From Eledone cirrhosa (lineage: Eukaryota), in assembly GCA_964016885.1 (NCBI GenBank), contig OZ024758.1, forward strand, positions 29,078,001-29,142,000: DNA of 64,000 nucleotides. Direction: 5' to 3'. Of the stretch, positions 50,930-63,862 are shown piece after piece. Within the stretch, counting starts at the first letter, position 1, and each line of letters begins with the position of its first letter. Below the pieces are notes generated by a model. The model was given only the letters and a program-made list of their open reading frames with translations. It was not told the DNA's origin and did not search any database. The position numbers and the translations under genes were made by a program.

Positions 50930-53778
50930 TATAATATATATGCACGTAGTCTATGTAATAAGATACATCTTTTTGCCTCCTACATCAAAAGTATTGACTC
51001 TGACTTCATTACAGTCTCGGAAACATGGGCACATTCCTTACTCTTTGATGGGGTTTTCAGCATAACTGGCTACAACTTGTTTCGTAAAGACCGCATTAAT
51101 CGTCGTGGTGATGGTGTAATGGTCTACGTTCGGTCAAATTTTCGGCAATTCCTTGTGTTGATTTGAACCAATCGCAGTAAGATATACGTATGACCATGAC
51201 AACACTGCTACTTGGAGTCTTTTACCGTCCCCCAAATTACCATCAGGACACTCAACTTTGTGATATCCTCAGAGCTGCTGCCAGGAAGACAGCCACTTAT
51301 GTTTTTATTGCAGGGGACTTCAATCACCCTGAGATTGACTGGGAAACCTTTCTTTGGCCGCAAAGTGCAAATGACTTCCTTGAGCTAGTGCTGGACTCGA
51401 ATTGGTCCCAAGTAGTCACCTCCCCAACAAGAGGTGACAACACTTTGGATCTACTCTTCACCGCTATTCCTGAAACGGTTATTAGTGTTACTACTGAGGA
51501 ACTTTTAGGTGACTCTGATCATGCTATGATCATTGCCAATCTGTCCCTCATGGGCAGTAACAAAAACCACAGCCATCTCCAAACTGCTCACTTTGACTGG
51601 AATAAAGCAGACTGGAACTGTTACTGCACCGAGCTGCAACGTCCAAACTGGCTTCAATTTTGCGACTCTAGAGATGTCAACACTGTACTCCAGAACATCC
51701 TGAACTCAATATGGACAGCATGTGCAGCATTGGTGCCATGTAAGCAGAAAAAAACCACCCCAAAGGTGCAATTTGGGAGACTGCAGCAGTCCGTCTTGCC
51801 AGGAAAGAACGTTGTAATGCTGAACGGGAGTACAAACTGCATAAATCAGATATCAAATAGGAAAAAGGGAAATAAATCATCCAACCATCTCAAACAGGTG
51901 ACAAAAAAGGCAGTGCTTAAATTTAAGCAGTGCATAGCAACCAACCTTGACAGTAAGGTGTTCTGGAAGTATGTATACTCAAAACAGAGGCCTCACTCTC
52001 TAGTTGGTCCTCTTCGAAATCCCCACACAAGCCAGATTACTGATGACCCCAAGGAATGCGCAGAACTCATTGCTGAATGCTATGCAGACATTTTCACTGT
52101 TGAAGACCAGAGTGTACCGTCTCCACCACCTCTAACATCAGGTTCTATTACAACTATGGAATTTACACCTGCAATGCTGCGACGTCACCTTAAAAATAAA
52201 CGCAACCATGCCTCTCCTGGTCTTGGTGTTACGTACCTGCTTCTTAAGCATGGTGGGTACTTCCTTCTGCACCAGCTATCGCGCTTCAATTCTGTCTGAA
52301 CAACAGTGCTACTCCAGAACAGTGGAAAACTGCCAGTGTCATTCCTCTGTTGAAAAAGAGTGACCGCACATCACCTGTGAACTATCGTCCAGTCAGTCTT
52401 ACTAGCTGCATTGCCAAACTGATGGAATCCTGCGTCAGAGAAACACTTTAGAGTTTCTGGAACTCTCACAGTCTTATCCGGCCCTCGCAATTTGGATTTA
52501 TCCCTAACTCCAGCTGCTGTGATCAACTTATCGAGTTTCTTGAAGACATCACCCGGATCACTGATGGCGGCTTATGGGTGGATGTTGTTTACCTTGACTT
52601 TGCTAAAGCTTTCAATTCTGTGCCACACAAAAGACTTATGGCAAAACTCTCTGCGATGGGTGTGAAGGATGATCTTTTTAACTGGTTGAAGTCCTTCATT
52701 CTCAGTCAAAGCGAGGTAGTCACGGTTCTAGTTACAGCATTCCTCACCGTATGAGATGTCATTTGGTGTACCACAGGGATCTGTTCTTGGCCCCCTTTTG
52801 TTTGTTGTATATATTAATGACATAGATGCCAACTTAAAGAATTCCACAGTACTAAAGTACGCAGACGACATCAAGCTGTACCTTGAGATAAAAAGGACAG
52901 ATCCTGAACACTATAGATCTTTCCTGCAATCTGACCTGGACACAATGCAACAATGGATCACGGACTGGCAACTCGAGCTAGCTGTGGACAAGTGCACCAC
53001 CATGCATTTTGGGAGTAAAAACCCAGCGTCCACATACTCCCTCCACAGCACTAATATCAAGAAGTCTTCTTGTGAACGTAATCTGAGCATTACGGTCAGC
53101 AGCGATTTGATTTGGCCGAAGCACGTCTCTAAAATTGTCAAGAAGGCCGAGGGTGTCTTATCATCACTCAGCAAGACCTTTGTCAGCCGCTCTCCAGATA
53201 TCTATTTAAAGCTGTATATAGCTATGGTGCGGCCACACTTAAAATTTGCATCACCAGTCTGGAACCCTTATCTTGTTCAGAGACGTGCAACCAAGTGAAT
53301 ACCCTCCATCAGGCATCTACCATACTCTGAATGCCTTACTTCCCTGGGCATGGATACATTGAAGCTCCAACGTCTGGCAACTGACTTGGTAAACACCCAC
53401 AAAATTATTAACCATGTTGCCAACAACAACCCTGAGCACCTTTTTGAATTCCATGTGGCTAACACACCTGGGCATGCCTACAAAGTCAGAAAACAGCACA
53501 GTTCCCATGACTTTCGGAAACATTTTTTCACACTCAGAGTTGGTGAAGCATGGAACAAACTACCTGCATCAGTTGTTAGCTGTCGAGACACTGCATCCTT
53601 TAAGGCCTCCATGCTTCCCGAGATTCGCCAACACTACACCTGATGTCCCTCCTCCATACACACGCACACATCTATTTCATGACTCGTACACTATTCACTT
53701 TCCTGACATTTCTATATTATTCTATGTACTATACATGCACCTTTGATGAGTTGTAGTGCACCTGAGCACTGTACACAA

Positions 53779-53810
<32 letters not shown>
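50930..53810 (+). mobile_element. Nearly complete but frameshifted CR1-clade LINE ORF2 (AP endonuclease + RT) with (ATT)n tail
   Basis: ARSL.NK, SETW, YNLFRKDR, YRPP, GDFN, LDLLFT, SDH; NYRPVSL, YLDFAKAF, GVPQGSVLGPLLF, YADDIKL; FF..RV..AWNKLP. Confidence 0.94.
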
Positions 53811-53813
<3 letters not shown>

Positions 53814-54442
53814 GTAATGTGTCAATACCTCACCCCCTTTGACACTTGATTTACTGCATGCTTTCATTTTCCTGTAAAGGTAGGGATATTCTATATTTAG
53901 CAAATTTTCTCCAGTTTGATGCCATTTCTAACACCAACCACTTTACAGAGTGTACTGGGTGCATTTTTCACAACACTAGTACTAAAGAGGTTGTGTTGAT
54001 GACATAACTGAAGTCTTCACAAGCAACAGGCGGGGACTTGTCTCAAGTCATGTGTGGTGGGGGGGGGGGCTGTATGTGGATAAGGAGAATAGGTATGATG
54101 TCATGGGTATATGTGTTGTGAGATTTAAGGGGTGAATGTGTAATGTGAGGGGATGAGAAAGCATGGCATCAAATGTGACGGTATTTTACTGGGTGGTGTG
54201 AGAGAGAAGAGGGATAAGGGTGATCTTAGGTAGAGTGGGCTGGTGCAGTGGAGGTGGGGGCTGTATAATGGGGCATCTTATTAATGTACAATAATGATAA
54301 TTCTTCAATTCAGACAAAGAAACCCTACACATGTACTTGTAACATTTTTCTCTCTTCATTTCAAATAACTGATACATTTTCCACTGAACATTTTTATTTT
54401 TCTGGGTTTTTTTTTTTTTAAATATAACCTTTTATATTTTAG

Positions 54443-54539
54443 GACCGAGTTCCTTTTGCTGTTGTTGGCAGTAACACTGTGATTGACTGCAATGGAAAGA
54501 GACTGCGTGGACGTCAGTACCCTTGGGGAATTGTTGAAG
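54443..54539 (+). CDS. SEPT7: Septin-7 coding exon F (start of septin unique element)
   Basis: ttttAG|GAC CGA...GAA G|GTtcga; [32 protein letters not shown](V); 97 nt. Confidence 0.96.
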
Positions 54540-54567
54540 GTTCGAATTAATATTCTGAAAGATATGA

Positions 54568-54795
54568 GGGTAGTGAATTGACAGAATTGGTAGAGCATCT
54601 GATAAAATGCTATTGTGATATTTGTTCTGTCTCCTTTACATTCTGAGTTCAAATCCCACCAAGGTCATCTTTGCCTTTTAGCCTTCCAAGGTTAATAAAA
54701 TAAAGTACCAGTCAAGTACCAGGGTTGATTGGATCAACTTCGCCCTTCCCTTCCCCCAAATTTGTTGGCATTGTGTCTGAATTAGAAATCAATAT
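54568..54795 (+). mobile_element. SINE family 1
   Basis: gagttcaaatcccacc...aaaataaagtaccag...agaaatcaatatt, starts ~30 bp after exon F donor. Confidence 0.8.
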
Positions 54796-54826
54796 TCTGA
54801 AGAATATAAAAAGAAGAAAAAAATGT

Positions 54827-55905
54827 TTTAACCCTTTAGCATTTACATTACTCTATATATACTATTGTATTTTCACAGTAAAGGCTTTACCTCACATAAT
54901 ATCTCACATAACATTTACATTACTCTATATATACTATTGTATTTTCACAGTAAAGGCTTTACCTCACATAATATCTCACATAACATTTACATTACTCTAT
55001 ATATACTATTGTATTTTCACAGTAAAGGCTTTACCTCACATAATATCTCACATAACATTTACATTACTCTATATATACTATTGTATTTTCACAGTAAAGG
55101 CTTTACCTCACATAATATCTCACATAACATTTACATTACTCTATATATACTATTGTATTTTCACAGTAAAGGCTTTACCTCACATAATATCTCACATAAC
55201 ATTTACATTACTCTATATATACTATTGTATTTTCACAGTAAAGGCTTTACCTCACATAATATCTCACATAACATTTACATTACTCTATATATACTATTGT
55301 ATTTTCACAGTAAAGGCTTTACCTCACATGATATCTCACATAACATTTACATTACTCTATATATACTATTGTATTTTCACAGTAAAGGCTTTACCTCACA
55401 TAATATCTCACATAACATTTACATTACTCTATATATACTATTGTATTTTCACAGTAAAGGCTTTACCTCACATAATATCTCACATAACATTTACATTACT
55501 CTATATATACTATTGTATTTTCACAGTAAAGGCTTTATCTCACATAATATCTCACATAACATTTACATTACTCTATATATACTATTGTATTTTCACAGTA
55601 AAGGCTTTACCTCACAATATCTCACATAACATTTACATTACTCTATATATACTATTGTATTTTCACAGTAAAGGCTTTACCTCACATAATATCTCACATA
55701 ACATTTACATTACTCTATATATACTATTGTATTTTCACAGTAAAGGCTTTATCTCACAAAATATCGAATGTATGAGATTTTGATGCTATTTATTTTGAGA
55801 ACAATACCTTAGCATCAGTCTGAGTGGCCAGTTATGGCCGGTTTGAACAGAAAGAAGTGAGATAATTTTGGCTGGATATGGCCAGTTTAAAGGCTAAAGG
55901 GTTAA
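54827..55905 (-). mobile_element. piggyBac-type MITE with internal 72-bp tandem array (~13 copies, 54839-55760)
   Basis: ttaaccctttagcatttac ... ctaaagggttaa ends retained; period 72 (54841 to 54913). Confidence 0.92.
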
Positions 55906-56761
55906 TCTAAAATTATATCTAAAAGAATTGTTTTTTTAACATTCTTGAATATTTTTATTGTTGTAAATTGATTGCCGATAATACATTTATATTGAAGAGA
56001 CGGTGGATATTTGTTCATACCATTCCCAAAGACATATTGGTTAAGATAATAAATCAAATATTCAAACACTTAGTGAATCTCTCATCTCTTTTTCTCCCAC
56101 TTATTTCTGAGAGGGTCGTGGGTGCAGGGTTTTCAAACACTCCTTCCAACAGGTCCCATCAGAAGCAATTGTCTCCAACCAATCCTGTTGGATCCCCAAG
56201 AGTGACCAGCCAAGCTCATGGATGTTATCCAACCATCTTAGTTGGGGTCTTCCCCTGGGTCTCCTACCCATTGGTTTCACCCATAAAATCTATCCAGCAT
56301 TCTTTCCTGAAACATTCTAACCACGTGCTCATAATATCGGAGCTGTGATCTCTCAATTTTACTTGCAAATTAATTTTAAAAAAAAACAAAAAAACATTCA
56401 ATATAACCTGATGTTATCCAACCAGAGATCTAGAGATCTACTCCTGGGTCTCTTGCCAGGGTTTTGCTCATAAAATCTGTCCAACAATTTTTTTTCCTGA
56501 CATTCTAACCACATGGCTATAGTATCTCTCATCACTACTATTGTAAATACTGTTATGTGTTTTCTTACATTGGCATAATACCAACATTTTGAAGAGAGAT
56601 TTGAACTCAGCCTGTAAAGAGCTATAATTAAATACTAAAGGCCAATTTTGTTCAATACTCTAACAATTCTGCCAATTTACTGAACCAATGACTGATATGA
56701 ATTTAATATTTTTTCTACTGCATCATTTTTTTTCTGATTATCGATATAAAGCTCCCTGTAT

Positions 56762-56965
56762 TTAACCCTTTAGCATTTACATTACTTTATATTTCCGATT
56801 GTATTTTCACGGTAAAGGCTTTACCTCACATAATTATCTCACATGGTATCCAATCTATGAGATTTTGAGGACAATACCTTAACATTAGTATGAGTGGCTG
56901 GTTACAGCCAGTTTGAACAGAAAGAGGTGAGAGAATTCTGGCCGGTTTAAATGCTAAAGGGTTAA
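56762..56965 (-). mobile_element. piggyBac-type MITE, intact ends
   Basis: TTAA ccctttagcattta ... taaatgctaaaggg TTAA; further minus copies near 57249-57418 and 58493-58707. Confidence 0.9.
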
Positions 56966-57141
56966 AATGTTAATACAAAGTATATTGTGTTTACAAGGTG
57001 ATAGCATCTAAAATATTTATTCTCTAAGCATCTCTAATTTTCTATGCCGAGTGTATAGCCTTGTTTAATATTTTGTGTTACTTCTAATTTCAGTCATTGT
57101 ATGATAGTCTCTAATAAGTTTCTTGTTTATTTTACTTCCAG

Positions 57142-57193
57142 TTGAAAATCTTGAGCATAATGATTTTATTGCTCTTCGAAATATGCTGATTCG
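57142..57193 (+). CDS. SEPT7: Septin-7 coding exon G
   Basis: ttccAG|TT GAA AAT...ATT CG|GTaaga; (V)ENLEHNDFIALRNMLI(R); 52 nt. Confidence 0.95.
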
Positions 57194-57752
57194 GTAAGAA
57201 AAAGTTTGAAATATTTGAAAATAATAAGAAAATAAAAAAAGTCTCCTATCCCTTTAACATTTACATTACTCTATATTATCTCACATAATATCGAATCTAT
57301 GAGATTTTGATGTTATTTATTTTGAGAACAATACCTTAATGTAGATATGAGTGGCCAGTTACAGCTGGTTTAAACAGAAAGAGGTGAGAGAAATTTGGTC
57401 GGATATGGCCAATTTAAATCATCTCCTTAGTTCTAGATGATCAGTAGCTTTAGCAAAGGCATGCCACCTTGGGGTTGTAGTGTCAGTTTCACAGTTGTAA
57501 GGTTATAAGTTTAATCCTCAGAGCAGGTAGCCCAATGTTTTTGAGCAAGATACTTCATTTCACATTGTTTCAGTTCACTCAGCTGAAAAAATGAGTACCA
57601 GAAGCAGTTGAGGGTTCACCTTGCAATGGACTAGAGCTCCATCTTGTTTTGCAGTCACTAGGGTGGCCAATGTAACTAGATGATCTGACATGAGGAGCCT
57701 CTAGGTTTGGGAAAGACTTCAACATTTTAACATCATTTGCTTGGATATGCAT

Positions 57753-58090
57753 TCATCATCATCATCATCATTTTACGTCCGCTTTTCCCTGTTTGCAAGG
57801 GTGGGACGGGAACTGATTCTGGCTTGATTTCTACAGCTGGATGCCCTTCCTAACACCAACCTCATTTACAGTGAGTGCTGGGTGCTTTTTTTCTGTGACA
57901 CCTCCACGACCACTTTGCAGTGGAATGATAGGGACCCCAGTCCCTATCATCTCATTTCTACAGCTGAGTAAACTGGAGCAATGTGAAATAAAGTGTCTTG
58001 CTCAAGGAAACACCTCACCCAGTCTGAGAATTGAACTCACAACCTTTCCATTGCAAGGCCAATGCTCTAACCACTAAGCCATGTGCCTCC
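57753..58090 (-). mobile_element. SINE family 2, full length
   Basis: Reverse complement of 18464-18796. Confidence 0.9.
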
Positions 58091-59409
58091 TAATTGTTAA
58101 TATTTTTATTAGGGCCTCCTAGGCTGGTGTGAGGAAGGGAGTATATTATCTTGAATGCAGAGGCCTAGATTGAATGCCTGCAACAGAAGGGGCTCTGCTA
58201 AAAATACCTGGAACCATGTGGTTGTGTTGAATCAAGCAAAGGATGCAAAGAACCAGAACAAATGCCACAAGGCATTTTGTCCAGTGCTCTCACAAATGTG
58301 CTAATCCACTGCCCTGAACTGGTATTTTATTTTATCGTCCCCATTAGGATGAGAAGCAAAGTTGACCTCTGTGGGATTTAAACCCAGAGTAAATATGATG
58401 TGCCTATCATTAAAGCACCCAAGAAACCTTCTATGAGATGCAACTTCATAGAAGGTTGGCTAAACCTACATGTGTGAGCCATCACAACAACATTAACCCT
58501 TTACCGTTTACATTACTCTATATTTACTATTGTTTTTTCACATTAAAGGCTTTACCTCACATAATATCGAATCTATGAGATTTTGATATTATTTATTTTG
58601 AGAACAATACCTTTAACATCAGTATATGGGGCTGATTACGGCTGGTTTGAACAGAAAGAGGTGTGAATTCTGGCCAGATATGGCCGGTTTAAATGCCAAA
58701 AGGTTAAGGGAAAAACTAGACAAAAAAAAACTTTGTAAATATTAATCATTTGTCAGCTAGAAATACTCTCATTTTAGAATATAGCGGAGAATGGAAAAAT
58801 GGATTACACAGCCTATGTGTTTCAGTTAATTTTGAAAATAATTCAGTATTTGAAAGAATTTAGTAAAATAAATAACTTGTTCATTATCAAGTTGGTATGT
58901 GGAGTATTACTTATATATATGAATTTCTGCGATTCTGTCCCAACATGTAAAGAGTGAGTAGTTTGACTACCTCATACTACTCCTCTCTCTTTACATCTGT
59001 TGTCTGTGTGAATGTATGTGTGTGTAAAAAGAAGGAAGGAGTAGTGAAAAAACTATAACAAAATAGCAGCTGGCGTTCCATTTGTTATGCTATGTGTGTG
59101 TTTGTGTGAACGTATGTGTGTGTTTGTGTGAATGTATGTGTGTATATGTGAATGTATGTCTGTGTTTGCACGTTTATATGTATATACTCATACATATAAA
59201 TGTGTGCATATGCACACATACGCACACATATGTGTCAGCATGTTGAAAAAAATCCTAGTAATAAAAAGTTCTTACATAAAATTGTGATGGAGGTTTTTAA
59301 TATAAATACTTTCAAATAAACAGTTTTGTATCATAGAACCAGGACCAATTTCAGGCAGTTCTGTATCAAAAGGGTTAATGTTCCTTTTTCTTTGTCTCCT
59401 TTATCTTAG

Positions 59410-59523
59410 GACACACATGCAAGACTTAAAAGATGTGACCAATAATGTACATTATGAAAACTATCGCTACAGTAAACTAGCCCCTGTCACTGCTGATGGA
59501 AAAGTTAAAGTATCTCTTGGAAA
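59410..59523 (+). CDS. SEPT7: Septin-7 coding exon H
   Basis: cttAG|G ACA CAC...GGA AA|GTaagt; [37 protein letters not shown](K); 114 nt. Confidence 0.95.
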
Positions 59524-60012
59524 GTAAGTATTCATTGTTCTTAGTTTATTTTTCAAGTGAGATGGAGTCTTATGTTTGTATGCCTTAGTTTAACCCATAT
59601 ATCACTGCTAGGTTGATATTCATTTAGTCAATTTAAACGTCTGCATAGAGCTAGTAAGTCAGGTCAGGCTAGGGGGGAAATATCTAGTACTTTCTGCAGT
59701 TGAGGGACAAAACAAAAAAAACAGAAGATATACAGAGATAAGTGAATATAAAATTAAAAATTTAGATTTTTTTTAATATGAAATAAAATAAGCATTTAAA
59801 AAGATAAAGAAGAAAATGGGAAACAAAGGAAACTGTAAAGCAGCAAGGAGGTTCTGTTGTTGAATATTTTTGTAACCTTGTACCCAGATATTTTGTCTAT
59901 TGGGAATATCAGACTCAATAATGTAGCCTAGGATATTACACAGGCAGTGTATTGGTTTTAAAATATTCTTTTATTGCTTTTGACAATTAACCTAGTGATT
60001 TTTGCTCTACAG

Positions 60013-61034
60013 CAAAGGTTCTCAACGGGGAGGGGGGCGGGGTTCGGAGCTCCAGTGGGGGGCGCTAGACAGGCGCTGGAAGCCCCTTTAGTTTGGTAAG
60101 TTTCATAAGTCATATTTGTACGTCTCTTAGACAGCCAGTGTGAATGCATTTGAATGAAGAAAACGAAGAAAATAAATAAAAGAAAAACAAAAGAAATCAA
60201 ATAAAAGAAAAACAAAAGAAATCAAAGAAAATGAACATAAGAACAACTTCAACTTTGACAAGTTACAAGAACAGAAACAAGAAAAAGAAGCAATGGTGAT
60301 GAAAGGTGTGGGTGTATACATATACATACATACAATCCAATCATACACACACATACATACATACATACATATACACACACAGGCCTGCGTTAGTGTTTGA
60401 TGAGGTTGAGAACCTGGTCAGCTTTCAGCCAGAGGTGTGGTATTTAATCCCCCTGGGTAATAAAATCTGGAGACAGATTTTCTCCTTACCAAAATATCCT
60501 TACACACTTAAATATAAATGCATAGCTATATACATACGTAAATGTATGTATGTAGATTTATATATATATAAATATACATACATACATATATATATTTATT
60601 TTGGTCGTTTTGGAAGCCTCAACAATGCAGATGGGTAAATCTCCGGGTAACAGAATCCGGTGGTGAAGAGAGAGAGATGTAAGGGAGTGTAGAATGGGTT
60701 GTATAGTGTGTAGAGGAACGTAGGAAAGAGCGTAAAAAATAAAAATAATAACACGAGATAGTTACCTTGGGAGAGATTCACATCCATCAACTGGGGGGTT
60801 TTCGAGGGGGGGGGGGTATCTGTCGGAGAGGAACGGTACGTGTCCTCTGCTAGTCACAAACAGAGGACAAATTGAATATCCCTTTTGCTTATATATATAT
60901 ATATAAATCTACATACATACATACATTTTACGTAAGTATATAGCTATGCATTTATATTTAAGTGTGTAAGGATATATATATATATCATCGTTTAACGTCT
61001 ATCTTAAAAAAGAAAAAATGTGTGTGTGTGTATA

Positions 61035-61075
<41 letters not shown>

Positions 61076-61404
61076 TATATTTTTTTTTTTTTTTCTTTTT
61101 TCAGTCTGGTTTACCATGTTTGAGCCCCCTATTGGAGATAGATATGTTTCTTTATTAGCCACAGGGGCACAAAAGAAGGGGACAAATACAAATGGGGAAG
61201 TTTACATATAATAAAAACGTGGAAATAGATAGATAGATGTGTACCAAACACACACACACACATTTCTTATATATATATGGCGTTGTTGAAAAGAGCAGTG
61301 GCCTTTGACCTGGCAATAAAAACTGGAGACAAAATTCTTTCTGTACCAAAATCAAGGCACACACACACAAGTTTGCGTGTGTGTGTGTGCGTATCTATAT
61401 ATAG

Positions 61405-61454
<50 letters not shown>

Positions 61455-61716
61455 GATACAGATATTGCTTTCTCACTGTCACCAAGCTTCTCAATTCATT
61501 CGTTGCTACTATTTTATTTTGCTATGAGGTATATTATTTTGCAAGGTACTATTTTTCTCCCGAGTTTTGTGATTTCAGAGAAGGGTAACAAATTCTTCAT
61601 ATTTTGCATCTTTTGTATTTTGACTTTACAGTTTGAATTGTCTATCCACTCAAAATATTACAACAGCTAACAGTGAAATATAAAATTTAAAAAAAAAAAG
61701 CTTTTTCAACTGAGAT

Positions 61717-61756
<40 letters not shown>

Positions 61757-61961
61757 ATATAATTTGAAATAGCTAGCTTTTGTTTTGGACTGAAACTTTT
61801 TTGTATTTAATTCGTACGAGTATTTTTTAAAGATTCTAAGATAACTTGATTTGGCCCAGTAATCTACTGATATCAAAATTAGTAGTATATTGAAAAATTG
61901 AAAAATAGGGTAGGGGGACGTTTCGTGATTTCGAGGGGCCGAAATGGGTTGAAAACCTTTG
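60013..61961. mobile_element. Non-autonomous hAT (Charlie-like) DNA transposon
   Basis: 14-bp TIRs CAAAGGTTCTCAAC / GTTGAAAACCTTTG (1 mismatch); 8-bp TSD CTCTACAG (60005-12) / CTCTACGG (61962-69). Confidence 0.8.
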
Positions 61962-62093
61962 CTCTACGGTTAGGACAATAGCACTAAAAACACTTTGTCA
62001 TTATAAATATCAAAAAATGTTCAAAATATCCAATGAGAGAAATGAATATTTGATATACTATATACTAAATTATCTTTTTTTCTTTTTTTGTAG

Positions 62094-62229
62094 GGACCCA
62101 CTTACACAAATGCAAGAGGAAAAACATGAACATGATGCTAAAATGAAAAAGATGGAAGCTGAAATGGAACAAGTTTTCGAAATGAAGGTTAAAGAAAAGA
62201 AGACCAAATTAAAGGACTCTGAAGCCGAT
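62094..62229 (+). CDS. SEPT7: Septin-7 coding exon I (coiled coil); gene continues past window
   Basis: tttgtAG|G GAC CCA...GCC GAT|GTgagt; [45 protein letters not shown]; 136 nt, SEPT7-type [12 protein letters not shown]. Confidence 0.96.
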
Positions 62230-63288
62230 GTGAGTTAAATTAAGTTTCTCTATACACGTCTACAGTATATAGTTATAAAGGACTCTGAAGCCGATGTGAG
62301 TTAAATTAAGTTTCTCTATACACATGTCTACAGTATATAGTTATAAAGGACTCTGAAGCCGATGTGAGTTAAATTAAGTTTCTCTATACACATGTCTACA
62401 GTATATAGTTATAAAGGACTCTGAAGCCGATGTGAGTTAAATTAAGTTTCTCTATACACATGTCTACAGTATATAGTTATAAAGGACTCTGAAGCCGATG
62501 TGAGTTAAATTAAGTTTCTCTATACACATGTCTACAGTATATAGTTATAAAGGACTCTGAAGCCGATGTGAGTTAAATTAAGTTTCTCTGTACACACGTC
62601 TACAGTATATAGTTATAAAGGACTCTGAAGCCGATGTGAGTTAAATTAAGTTTCTCTATACACACGTCTACAGTATATAGTTATAAAGGACTCTGAAGCC
62701 GATGTGAGTTAAATTAAGTTTCTCTATACACATGTCTACAGTATATAGTTATAAAGGACTCTGAAGCCGATGTGAGTTAAATTAAGTTTCTCTGTACACA
62801 CGTCTACAGTATATAGTTATAAAGGACTCTGAAGCCGATGTGAGTTAAATTAAGTTTCTCTATACACATGTCTACAGTATATAGTTATAAAGGACTCTGA
62901 AGCCGATGTGAGTTAAATTAAGTTTCTCTATACACATGTCTACAGTATATAGTTATAAAGGACTCTGAAGCCGATGTGAGTTAAATTAAGTTTCTCTGTA
63001 CACACGTCTACAGTATATAGTTATAAAGGACTCTGAAGCCGATGTGAGTTAAATTAAGTTTCTCTATACACATGTCTACAGTATATAGTTATAAAGGACT
63101 CTGAAGCCGATGTGAGTTAAATTAAGTTTCTCTATACACATGTCTACAGTATATAGTTATAAAGGACTCTGAAGCCGATGTGAGTTAAATTAAGTTTCTC
63201 TGTACACACGTCTACAGTATATAGTTATAAAGGACTCTGAAGCCGATGTGACTTAACTTTCTATACACATGACTACAATATATAGTTG
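62211..63288 (+). repeat. 68-bp tandem array (16 units) containing the septin exon I 3' end and splice donor
   Basis: gactctgaagccgatgtga at 62215, 62281, then every 68 bp to 63233. Confidence 0.97.
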
Positions 63289-63862
63289 TTTAAAAATATA
63301 CTATTTTACTTGTTTCAATCATTAGACTATGGCCATGTTGCAGCACTGCTTTAAAGGACTTTAGTCAATCATATCAACCCTAGTACTTTTTTTTTTCAAG
63401 TCTATTTATTTCATCAATCTCTTTTTGTTGAACTGTTAAGTTATGGGATATAAACACAGGTACACTCACATACATATATACAATAGGCTTTTGCACAGTT
63501 TCTGTCTTCCAAATTTCATTCACAAACATTGGTCAACTCAAGGTTATAGTAGAAGACCCTTGCTCATGGTGCACACAATAGGACTGAATCCCAAACCATT
63601 GATTGTGAAGTAAACTCTTTAACCTCTCAACTATGTGTGTGCCAATATTATATATTTTTATTTCATTCTGTTCTGAGCTGAGTGACTAATGAAACAATTT
63701 ATATAAAAGAATAGAAAGCGGCGAGCAGAGTTTGAAAATTGAAATAGAGGGCTTCGGCATATCTTTTGACTAAATAGAATAGTAAAATAATGGGGCATAT
63801 AAACCCACTCAATGGAAAAAGATAGCCACTTTTTCCATTGAGGAAAAAATAGCGCCTCAATA

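Noticed and set aside
50930-53810. Active autonomous LINE or domesticated reverse transcriptase gene (also 5875-8448)
   Set aside because: Multiple frameshifts and stops; the RTE copy has EADD in place of YADD
54725-55783. 352-aa hydrophobic repeat ORF
   Set aside because: 72-bp tandem expansion inside a MITE
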